The position numbers were made by a program, and so were the translations under genes. The notes under the pieces are model-generated. The model was not told the origin of the DNA. It did not search any database and saw nothing but the letters and a program-made list of their open reading frames with translations. A stretch of 37,691 bases of DNA from Catajapyx aquilonaris. Taxonomy: Eukaryota. Within the stretch, counting starts at the first letter, position 1; every line of letters begins with the position of its first letter. Positions 12,430 to 22,780 of the stretch are shown here, piece after piece. The stretch is from the NCBI GenBank assembly GCA_000934665.2, contig KZ538990.1:1-37691 (forward strand), given 5' to 3'.

Positions 12430-13361
12430 AACCAAACAGGCCGGGTCTAGAGTGGGTATAGGACGGATCTAGACCTGGTCCAGTGGTGATCTAGAGCCCA
12501 GCAGGTCGTGACCGTGTAACTGACAAGATAGTTTCGGATTGTGTTTGACATTATCATTGCCAGCAGGGTCAGTAGCAACAATGTGATTTTACTCTACTTT
12601 AGAACTACCAATTCAGGAATGTATTATTAATAGTCCATTGCTTGAAATTCAAAGTGTAATGAGGCCTTATTTATTTTAAACCCTTATTTTAGACCGTTTT
12701 GTAATAACAATAATTTCTCTTTATGCTATACATGTCATGTGACCCACACATAACGTGGTCCATCGCTTGGGGCCAGGATCAGGGTCAGTAGTTTACAAGC
12801 AAATGAAAATGCAAAATTAAAAAGGCATTGGAGAAAATATATTACCACGAAAGTCTTCTAGAGAGGAAATAAATGGTTGCTTTTCAAACTCCCCATCACC
12901 AGGCTTATGTGGTTAACCCAGAATATACCTATGATAATACTGGCACACGATTGTGTCAATGAAATAATTATCCGAATAAGGAACTTCCTGGCTGGCCTCT
13001 TAAAAATGCACTTGGTGGGTAAATCCTGGTACAAAAAAACACATTGGTGAAGTTGTATGCAACGAATTTATTTTGAGTTGAAAATATGCGATGTGCTTTT
13101 GCACTTCAATATAGGCAGCCTATGAGGAAGGAAAAGGTTCGAATTAGAGTGCTGAGGGCCACGAGAATATTTATTATTTAAGTCAACTTCCTGGTTTGGC
13201 CGCACGCTCGATTGCGCCCTATCTAGTATTCTCAATGCCATTATTTCTGCACTTGACTCTTCACTCTGACATGTAATGGCGCCATTTGTAATATCTGTCC
13301 AGTCATGCGGTAAGAGGCGTGGATTTTATATGATATAACTTTCTTCCAAATAACAAACATA

Positions 13362-13571
13362 CAGGGTGTCTCAACTTTTTTGTCCGAACAGTTATCGGAA
13401 AAGCCTATGTATCTTCTAGGTATGTAGCCATAATATGCCCCAACATTCCTGGCACATCCCTCAACTGTTGAGGGATGTGCCAGGAATGTTGGGGCATATT
13501 ATGGCTACATAGCTAGAAGATACATAGGCTTTTCCGATAACTGATCGGACAAAAAAAGTTGAACCACCCTG
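13362..13571. mobile_element. Tc1/mariner-type MITE forming a near-perfect 210-bp palindrome
   Basis: TA|CAGGGTG ... CACCCTG|TA. Arms of 104 and 105 bp around a single T at 13466, with 4 mismatches and 1 indel. Confidence 0.92.
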
Positions 13572-14449
13572 TATTGCCCAATGGGATTGAAAGTACTTTT
13601 TGCACACAGTAGATACTATTATTCCGTAGTATAATACAATATCAAACCTATAGCAAAGCGCCTTTGATCAGCATTTTACGAATAACCTTTTCGCAGTAAA
13701 CCATACACATCCAGTTTTAACTCAAAAAAGAAGCATTATGATTATGGGGTATAATAACTTGGCCAATGTGTTTTCAGGACCCTAATAATATGCAGTATAT
13801 ACCACATGGGTTTCATGAAAATCTACAAACTGCGCGTTGGGTAGTTCCTTTGTGAGTTACGACATTAAATAAAAATGGCCTTCACGCAAAATCCTCATAA
13901 ATTTTCGGCACGAAAGAAACACTGAGCTTTTACGGGCTTGACCGCATTGTCATCTTCCTTGGACTTAGAAACCCTTAGTCAATGTCACATGCTTTTTGTA
14001 CTCGTCAGTGCATGCCCCTGTGCATTTGTGTGAATTGAGCAAGCCCCAGTGGAGTACCATCTTGATGGCTAGCTTAATATTAGTAATGCACTGTACAGAA
14101 TACGCATTAAGAAAGCGTGAATTAGTAAGTTCTGTATAAAATTACGTTATTTAAGGACGCAGTGTTTAAATTAAGGTGTATTCACAAGCTCACGAGAACT
14201 GGTGTTTTCAATCGAATTCTAGACATTTTAGAGTGTTTCATTGGTATATGCTGTACCGGTATACTCCATGTCAGTGTTGAAGGTGAGGCGACAGGAATGA
14301 GCCTAATCCACCTATGGGATCAAAGTTGACTTTTGTTCCGCCCAATATTTCCACTACATGACTGTATTGACATTATCACAGGATGGTATTCCTCTGTGGC
14401 CTATTGCATGTTGCTGCTTGAATGTGTCACTCATGGATAATGTGCTGCA

Positions 14450-14466
14450 GTTGTTGTTGCTGTTAC

Positions 14467-14514
<48 letters not shown>
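14450..14514. repeat. (GTT)n microsatellite
   Basis: About 21 trinucleotide units, mostly GTT. Confidence 0.95.
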
Positions 14515-15735
14515 GGATGTTGTTTGTTGGGTGACGGTGTTGGTGGTAAGGCACTGATTTACGAGCACGCATCGGGAGAAAAAAAGCTGCTGTGAATTTC
14601 AACACTTTGCATGTCTTAGCTTGATAAGTATAATAGAGGCTCAAAATATTTACATGTCTATGCATCTTTCGCAGAGGAAAGCTCAGCCTATAGTAAGGAC
14701 CGGTGTTTCCAAACTTAACCATTATCGATTGGTTATAAATTATTTGTGGTCATCAGCTCTGAAATGGTACTAAAGAAAGAAATATAGCTTCAATGCATAA
14801 AAGTTAGCTTGAGGCCAAGGGCCATGCGATGGTAAAAGCACCGGTTCCCCCCGAAGGTTAGGTTGAAAGAATTTTGGGCCTCTTAGTGTGCTGTTACATG
14901 GTTTGCAAAGTGTCGTAATTTTGTTATTGTAAGTGTTATTATATTGGTGAAATTGCATTGCATAACCTACTTTATTCAAAAAAGTGTACCTTGTTAATAC
15001 GGTATCAAGTATGTTTAATATATCATTAATATATTATTTAGGTAGTCTGTTATTAAAAAGTCCAGACCAGATTATTATCTTACTTGTGTATAAGTGTCAT
15101 AAATGAGCAAATGTTTTATAATAATTTTACATGAATTATTTTCAAAAAAATGCATAGAGAGACCACTTTTTAATATTTCCGGCTCTATTTACTGCACCTT
15201 ATGCAATAGCCACTTTACGTAGTTAAGGGTTAGGTGTCAGCTAAAAATATTTGGGTGACTGAAATTTTAGATTGCTTTCCCCCACAAACGGGATCAGCCG
15301 AAGTGGGCATTAAAATTATTATTGATATGTTTTTATTTACTTTATGCAATGCAGTTACATGCAAACAGTTGTTTTCATTCCTTTTGTGTATTTGATTACC
15401 AATAATCAATGAACACAGCAAAACAGTTGACACGATGCCATGTTTCATTTTTTTCAATATAAACCAATTATTGTGAACATTATCATAAGATAATCCACGA
15501 AACACTGCCAAAAATTCACTCGGCTATATGCAGTAGATCATTGCATGATGATGGTGATGATCAATGGTCATTGGTGGTCAAATGCTACATCTATAAAAAG
15601 TATTTACTGTCGGTTGGCCCCTTCGATCAACCTTAATACAGTGTTTTCATGCCCCATTTGGCCACAAATTGCGGAGTGGTGGTGATGAAGAGTAATGTAC
15701 GGAATAACTGGAGCTCTGTTTAGTTATTCCCACAG

Positions 15736-15859
15736 GGAAAGGCGGCTTGGCAAGATGGAGCCAAAGAAGCCCCTAGCGTGGCGCAGGCGGAGGCCGTCAT
15801 CAGCCATCGACAAAAGGCCACAGAAGCACATCGACGATGGATCCGGAAAAACAAAGTAA
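15736..15859 (+). CDS. Putative terminal coding exon (xERRLGKMEPKKPLAWRRRRPSSAIDKRPQKHIDDGSGKTK*)
   Basis: TTATTCCCACAG acceptor ending 15735, GC-rich island, phase-2 frame with strongly G/C-ending codons and TAA at 15857-15859. A second frame is also open. Confidence 0.5.
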
Positions 15860-15885
15860 AATAACAAGTATATCTAGATATAGCA

Positions 15886-16235
15886 TGTGGTGTCCCAAAA
15901 GTACTTTGCTGATTTCAACAACTTATACAAAGATAATAAAAACAGATGTACACATCAATCACTGGGTACTTGTTTCAAAAATGTACCAGTACTTCAAGTT
16001 TGTTTACAAGTTTGATATTATTCCCATGCATTACGTCAGGGTCAGGTGTATCATATTTATTGACTTCCAATCGTAAGACTGTATTACGTATGACAGGTAC
16101 ATCTGGCACTGGGTCCTCTGACTGTCAGGTATTTGGGCTATTTTTTGATCATTTCAACACGCATTAAAAATCCCAAACTTTTCCACTAGCAATTATTACC
16201 TGTTGAAATTGCCAAACTAATTTTGGGACACCTTG
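15886..16235. mobile_element. Degenerate Tc1/mariner-type MITE
   Basis: GGTGTCCCAAAA at 15889 and TTTTGGGACACCTTG|TA ending at 16235. Confidence 0.55.
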
Positions 16236-16345
16236 TACAATATTTCATGCGCTTAGGAATTATTTCTCTTCTTCGCATTATTTCCACTCCGGAATGGAAC
16301 ATAATGACCAGAAGAGCATGCAACACTACTTCTTCAGGCTACAGA

Positions 16346-16416
16346 GGTCCCATAGTGTAATGGCAGCACTCTGGGCGTCGAGTCCAGCAGACCGAGTTCG
16401 ATTCTCGGTGGGACAG
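16346..16416 (+). tRNA. tRNA-Gln-like gene or pseudogene with TCG at the anticodon position
   Basis: Cloverleaf: acceptor GGTCCCA/TGGGACA, D stem GTG/CAC, anticodon arm CTGGG-CGTCGAG-TCCAG, T arm CCGAG-TTCGATT-CTCGG. Intact A and B boxes. Body aligns with the recalled animal tRNA-Gln sequence. No SINE body follows. Confidence 0.8.
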
Positions 16417-16571
16417 TCTAGCCACATGTCACTTTATTGGCTACTTTTCACACTAATATGATCACATGCTTGATTAAAGTCCTTCATAATAAATTTACAA
16501 GGTTGTTTATGTGCAGACTATATTTGGACAGGGTAAGAGCAGATAAATATTTCGCAACACTTAAAGCAGAA

Positions 16572-16592
16572 ATGGTTCGAGGCGAATTTAAG
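16572..16592 (+). CDS. Exon 1 (MVRGEFK) of the two-transmembrane protein gene
   Basis: ATG at 16572, consensus donor AAG|GTAAGT at 16593, phase 0. A 202-nt intron joins it in frame to 16795. Confidence 0.8.
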
Positions 16593-16794
16593 GTAAGTTT
16601 TTTTTAAAATTCGGTCTAACAATGGCAATGGAGAACATCGTGGCACTGGACTTCCAATGAAGTCATTTGATCTCCTCTATTTTTTGACGGCGATAGTACA
16701 TTTTAAGTGACGCGAATCAAGTCTGTTGACGCGGTGTTGTTTCCATGTATTATCCTGTCTGGTTTAAAGTAACCGAGCGAACACGTGATTCCAG

Positions 16795-17412
16795 ATTCGT
16801 GACGCGTCCCTGGACGAGGACGACCCCGAGATCGACGGCATCTACAGGCAAAGCGGCGCCGCCAACGTGGTGCTATACGTGGGCCTAATCATGATCGCCA
16901 TCGGGATGGTCATCACCTTTGTGGGCATCGGAGACAAGGGCTTCAAGACGTTAGAACTGAAGCTGATTGGGCCTAGCTTAATCGGCAGTGGCGTCTTCTT
17001 TTGCCTACTTCGGATCCTATTTTGCACCTGTCCCATATGTTGTCGAAAGTGCTGTATGAGGTTCGAAAAAGATGACTTTGATCGCGCCTCTCTTTTGGAC
17101 GCAGAGAACATGGCCAATGGCCACGTGCGCCAGACTTCCAAGTCGGCCAGCAAGCTCAAAAACACCATTCCCAACTACATCAGCGACGACGATGATGGCA
17201 GTGAGATCAGTGACACTAGAGGGGGTATTGCCAATCCGGATCCGGATGCCCACAAGCTGGAACCTGCAGGACCATCTCACAGGCGGGAATCAACCGTCAG
17301 TTCAGTGCCCAGGTTGCCAGCCATTAATTCTCCAAGACGCGGGGCAGAACTTGTACTTAGCCCTTCCAATCTGGAAACGGAAAGGGATCGCTTTTCCTCC
17401 TTAGATTTTTGA
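16795..17412 (+). CDS. Exon 2 of a 212-aa uncharacterised membrane protein: two TM helices, Cys-rich juxtamembrane cluster, disordered tail (possibly TMEM200/DUF2371-like)
   Basis: TTCCAG acceptor ending 16794, in frame with the 16867 ORF. Reads IRDASLDEDDPEID...VVLYVGLIMIAIGMVITFVGI-GDKGFKTLELK-LIGPSLIGSGVFFCLLRILF-CTCPICCRKCC. High GC3; TGA at 17410-17412. Confidence 0.9.
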   Translation: MRDASLDEDDPEIDGIYRQSGAANVVLYVGLIMIAIGMVITFVGIGDKGFKTLELKLIGPSLIGSGVFFCLLRILFCTCPICCRKCCMRFEKDDFDRASLLDAENMANGHVRQTSKSASKLKNTIPNYISDDDDGSEISDTRGGIANPDPDAHKLEPAGPSHRRESTVSSVPRLPAINSPRRGAELVLSPSNLETERDRFSSLDF

Positions 17413-18845
17413 TTCTTTCATTGTGAATATTATTCAAGATTGTCCTACCTTCTCTACACACACCTTCCTATACTGTCCTCCTCAGTATGCACTCATTCAC
17501 CCACCTACCAAACCAGTGACCAGTGGTACACTAACTGTATAATAACATACAGCCGCATCCAGTGCAGGCAGGAGACCTGTCACCGTACCTGATCTACTTC
17601 AAAGAATTATGCCGTTTTGGATGGGGGATAAACTACACTTTACCTCTGCAAAACTCCGTCCAATCAGCTTGCAGTAGCCTAGGTACCTATTCTACAGCAG
17701 AACGATTACTCGACATTCTGGTCGAAATTGTGCAATAGGCTTCTAGAGTCATACTTACTGATGGTCAAGTATGTATTCGACTAGAGCACTCCCAGTCCCA
17801 TAAAAAAATATTGATAAAAACGTCGCGAAGGTGTAGAGGAGACTTACGACTCGTAAATGATATCTCTGAAAATATTATATTGTGACTATTATCCGTCTGC
17901 ATTTCAGGTATTCAAATATTGTTTTTGTAAGGAGTAAATTCTCATTGTTGTATTCAGTGTAAATATGGGTAAAAATCCTGAGTCAATGGCAAAGTTTTAT
18001 ATTGCCTGGATTCGTTTTCATTTACTGTACAGTACACAAAAATAGTTTCATGATAACGGAATTTATCGTGGATTTTTTGGTGCAGGATGCTATAACGGGT
18101 ATTGTTTATGCGGGTTTGAATGTGTGTAGGTATGTCCTTCGCCGTATCTGCGCGGAAGTTAGGAAAATGGTTGTTCTTAAAAAAGAAAAAGGAACAGTAT
18201 ATTGACTATTTCTTCATATTTATTTAATTCACTAGGCTACATGTCATCTGATAACGGAAGGGCATGCGGTTCGATAGCCGTTTGAAAGCCGGAACAAAAC
18301 AAAAAAAAATACCAGTATCTTATGCAAACTATAAGTAACTAGGCTACTTGTTCAGGCATTTTACAAAGTTTATTCTTTCGCCTTCTATGTTTGATTATGG
18401 TAAAGTGTGATTTGGTACCCATCCAAATTTTTGTATGACGGCAACTACTTGAAGCAGGAGCAAGCAACGTACAATGTCGCTATGAGTTAAAAACCAAAAA
18501 CACATTGGCGACGTACGATAGGCTAGGCTCACGAGGATAGGACCCCCTGTTTTCGACTTCCATAACTGTATTTCCCTCCTTCCAAGGAAGCAATAAGCCA
18601 CCACTTTCTTGCTACAACTATCTGTACACTTCAGAAGCTCTTATCGGACATCACGCTCCTGTGTCTACTGCGATACAGGGACACTAATCCTACAATCCAT
18701 CCATATAGGGGGAAAAAATACTGATCTAATCCGTCCATGTCTGTATTTGTTCCTACCAATGTAGTAGAATTTGCAGGTGCTGAATTGTGATATACTATGA
18801 TGGGAAAGTACAAGGAAAGATAATAATATTAACCCAAAAATGTAT

Positions 18846-19087
18846 CAGCACAGTGGTCAAAGGTTAAGATCTGGGCCCCCCACCTTTGGGGTCTCTCGTT
18901 CGATTATCTAATCGGTCTGAGGATTTTCTCTGTGGGAAGAGTTTCGATGGGTTCTCTGCTGTGCTTTTGCGGGTCTGTCTTGGGGTTATCCCGTTTCCGC
19001 CGAAATACAAAAATCCATCAAGAAGACAATTGTTAATAAAGTGGTATTAAATGATGAACCTCCAAGATGTCTCCGTCATATCACGGG

Positions 19088-19163
<76 letters not shown>

Positions 19164-19166
19164 GAC
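18846..19166 (+). mobile_element. V-domain-like SINE, copy 2, with expanded (TTA)n tail at ~19088-19163
   Basis: Core GAGTTTCGATGGGTTCTCTGCTGTG...CCGTTTCC...AAAATCCATC shared with the other copies. Possible TSD AAATGTAT at 18838-18845 and 19167-19174. Confidence 0.75.
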
Positions 19167-19779
19167 AAATGTATATGAAAAATATATTACACATGGGACG
19201 GAGGTGGGGCTGCGGGGGAGGGGGGAAACAAGACTGAAAAACAAGACACTCATTGCTTATAACGGTAATGAGACTTTCCAGGCCGTGCAGTAGTGAATAT
19301 TTGCCACACACTCTATTTGTAAGAAAAAGAAAAAAAATATGTTTGGTAGATGCTCACCACTCTCGTAGTCAATTACAATATATTACGAGAGGAATGAAAC
19401 ACACAGCAGGTTTATAAAGCGGATTTTGTTGCATCATGACGTTGTAATGTATATATTACTAAAACAATTTTTTATAACATTTTTGCCACTTGAATCATTT
19501 CCCGTCATTACTTTGCAAGATATTTGTGATGTGAGAATTCTCAAGCTGCACAATTAATTACTTAATTTTCTCTAAATTCCTTCGACCATCAGTCGGTACA
19601 AGCACGTATACTTATTTAAATGCCGCTCATGAAAATCAATGAAATTTGACAGCGTGTGGGGCCATGAGCACTCTAATTGCAGAAAAGGGGTTACAAATAA
19701 CTCAAAGAAAATAGGATGTTCCATTGAGTGGAACAGATTCGTTTCCTCAACTTTGTTTTCAAATAAAGTGAATAATATA

Positions 19780-20462
19780 CGTGTGTTATAATATTCGGAA
19801 GGAATGACTGAGGAAGTAAAAATCTTTCGAACTGGACTGGCTGAAAGTGCATAAGCTGGCAAGCCATATATCGCAAAGGTTTTCAAGGTCAGCCTATTGA
19901 GTGAACCCTGGGCCCTGGGCGTTTCCATGGCGTCCAGCAAAACTCAACGGACTCCCTGCCGCACTTCAACTTTCATGAACCTCAGGCCACTTTCTAAAGT
20001 ACACTGCATGCGTCAGACCCCGCAGTATTATTTTCACTGTACGTACGTACTGTACCATTGCCAAGAAAGTTTCATTACACCTTGTTCTTTGCAGAGTCTG
20101 ATTTTCTTTGAGAAGGGGGTATGCTTTTGAACTAAACACTGGAAAGTGAGTCTGTTCACAACATGCTCATTACGAGGTTGAAGGTTGTCAGACGGCATTG
20201 TACGGAGGGTGCTCATCTTAGGGACGTAGTAAAGTTGGGATTGTTGGGTTGGCGACGTTGATGGATTACTCATGCCAGATATGTGAGATTGCATTTTATC
20301 TTCATGTATCCTGGAATCCCTGCAATGGGACTACACATGTGCGTGGAAGGTGGCTATCAAAAGTAACATTATCTAGCATGAGTAATCAATCATCTTCGAC
20401 TGCCCGCCAATACAACACTTGTTGCGTGTCGATTGGTACACCCTGCATCGAGGCTACATGAA
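19780..20462 (-). pseudogene. Decayed gene for a ubiquitin-like domain followed by a Cys-rich RING/IBR-like region
   Basis: Minus strand: HVASMQGVPIDTQQVLYWRAVEDD*LLMLDNVTFDSHL (ubiquitin C-terminal half pattern), then LTFQC, RCNETF and CGRESVEFCWTPWKRPGPR. Stops and frameshifts throughout. Confidence 0.45.
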
Positions 20463-20699
20463 ACAGAATATTGTGAGTTATGGTGATCAATACTAAATGA
20501 TGCATAAAACCTGCAATAATGTAGTCTGGTACCAGATTGATATCCCCAATATTTTCGAAGCTTAAAATAAAAACAATAAACAGAAAGAATGTTGCTGATT
20601 ATTTTGGACTTACTTATTGTGCATTACAATATTATTGCTACTAATATTATGCTGAATTACAGCTGGTATTCCTAAATGTCGTCCTCGAGTAAGGATACT

Positions 20700-20830
20700 T
20701 CACTGAAGCTTTTCCAGAAAAGCGACTCAAGAAGGACATTGCGTCCCTTCAATGATGTGGCGTAGATGAGAGGACCTTTAACACTTTAGACCTGAACAAC
20801 AGCTGATAATATTTTCAAACTGTAGCCTAC
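20700..20830 (+). mobile_element. Possible Copia (GalEa-like) RNase H C-terminal relic
   Basis: TEAFPEKRLKKDIASLQ* resembles the recalled EKRLRIDIA motif, followed by a decayed ADxxTK-like segment. Confidence 0.3.
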
Positions 20831-21458
20831 TTTGTAGCAATTATCTCACATTGCACATATATTTTCTGATACGGGCTCTGCACAAGCTCTTCTTGTATTG
20901 GAAGTGAGTTTATAGTTCCCACAGGAATTTTTAGCTTCAGTTGGTGGAATGTACTTTTTGCAGACTTCCATGGGAAAAAAAAGTAAGAGCGTTTCGTGCT
21001 TCCACTTTGGTGAACCAATGTTTAATGATTAATGATATGAAAGCCAATCGATATGACGGCGGATGAATGTCATATATACAGGCCAAGGCGAGTGTCCTGA
21101 ACAGTAAGATTTTTGTCATCACTCGTCAACTACCGAGCATATGAAACTTTGTTATCATTCAAATGATTTGACTTGATCTCTCTTTACATTTTCAAGTGCA
21201 GTAGTAACTGCATTTAACACAACACACATCTGTTTACGAGGTGTTTGCTTTTAGTATAATAAAGGTGCGAAAGCAAATTAGATCCAAGTGCACACTGCAG
21301 ATCATGGTAGCGTAGGCTACAGTACAATCACCAAGTAGGTAAGTAGGGTTCAAGCAGAACTGGATGATGTCATGCCAGAGTGAAATAAGTTTAATTTTTC
21401 TTGCCATTTCAATACGTCTGTATGCCACGTATGCAGCTGCACCACTGCAGGTGTATAG

Positions 21459-21730
21459 TTTATTTATTTATTTATTTATTTTACCCTGGTGGGCACGATG
21501 GCCATTGGGAGGAGACAAAACCAAGAGTACAGGTAACAGCAAGAAAATTTTTACACTCGAGAAAAATTTAGTAAGTAGAGAAATCTACCCTCTTTAGAAC
21601 ATTTTTTACAAAGTTAAATCAGTTGAAAAAGTTGTCTGGATGCATGTCGTTAACCATTTTTACCATATTCGAGTCTGGCGCACCTGGTAAGGAATCCAAA
21701 AAGTTGTACCGTGAGAGTGCAAGAAAAGGA
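21459..21730 (-). mobile_element. LINE 3'-end relic with (TAAA)n tail
   Basis: (TTTA)n at 21459-21483 preceded on the minus strand by a coding-like stretch (RYNFLDSLP...VKMVNDMHPDNFFN). Ends next to the Helitron. Confidence 0.35.
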
Positions 21731-21745
21731 CAGTCATATAGTACA

Positions 21746-22742
21746 CTAGCAGGTTACCCGGCGTTGCCCGGGTATGTTGGGGTGCTGGTAAATGTAGGGG
21801 TCCATATTATACACTATTCAGTATACAGTATATTAGGAAATGTGTTTGTTTGTAAAAATTTTCCTTCCATACACTCGAAACTCGAAATGTCTTAAAATGG
21901 GCCTTATAAGATGCAATCACACCCCCACCTCGTTCCATATGTTTGCTCTAAAGAACTTCAGAAATGTACTGTACGTACAGATGCATGGTGGAAAATTTTG
22001 TTTTCAACACGGAGTTATATTTGTAAATACTGTAGTATTTCATTGTATTTACTTTTGCCTGGAAGTCTATTTTCAAATCCCACAAAATCCCGGAATTACC
22101 ATAAGAGACGAACTCACGTGAGGTGGCCAATTAGCGTAATTGGTGGATGCGTTGAATTTACGGCGATGGTTTAACTTGCTAGGTGTTGTTGCATAAGGGC
22201 ATTTCGTAGGGGAGACGAAGTGGAGCTGCGGAAATGCGCCCACGGATGTTAAGGTCCCGGGTCCTTCATCTCGTGCAGAGTTGGGCCGTCTCTGGCTTCG
22301 TTTCGGGTGGAATCTCCTCAGACTAATCCACCCGGGGGAGTTCACAAAATGTACCCTTTGAGAATTGCACTTGCACCTTAGTCACCCTGCCCGTGGGCCC
22401 GGGTGCTACGTCAAAAAGGTTCCATCAAGACGAAATAAACGCTTCCTCCCTGCGGTACGATGCAGGGAGGTAAATAGGCATATTTAAAAAAAGGCATTTC
22501 CATGAGAATGCAAATTGATATATTGAACATTATTGATGTAAGTTAATTGTTAGGCCCGAGAAGTGAGAAGATTTGGGAATATGTGTGTTGTGGGAGTTAG
22601 GTTCATTTTCGGAAGCTGAAACATGCGGCGTTAGATTCCTTGGAAAATGTAACCCCCGATATGCTAATTGAAGGCGGTGTAGGGGCCTTCCCCTGGATTT
22701 CTATAAGGGACAAACAAACTGACAAACTAACTAAAATATAGA
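21746..22742 (-). mobile_element. Complete non-autonomous Helitron (997 bp)
   Basis: Minus strand: A|TCTATAT 5' end at 22742, (GTTT/GTTA) microsatellite near the 5' end, 3' hairpin CCCGG-GCAACG-CCGGG 7 nt before CTAG|T at 21746. Inserted between A and T with no TSD. Confidence 0.88.
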
Positions 22743-22780
22743 TTAAGATGGTACAAATCAAACACTACTGTAGTCTGAAA

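Noticed and set aside
14354..14722. Poly-Asn ORF, and similar poly-Ile/Leu/Asn ORFs at 19081, 31095-31432 and 36890
   Set aside because: These are translations of trinucleotide microsatellites.
16842..17404. Overlapping antisense and alternative-frame ORFs
   Set aside because: Shadow ORFs expected from a GC3-rich real exon.
22295..22350. Hammerhead-like core on the minus strand (CTGAGGA-GATTCCACCC-GAAAC)
   Set aside because: Stem II cannot form beyond one pair, stem I is only ~3 bp, and the only candidate cleavage triplet is GUG.
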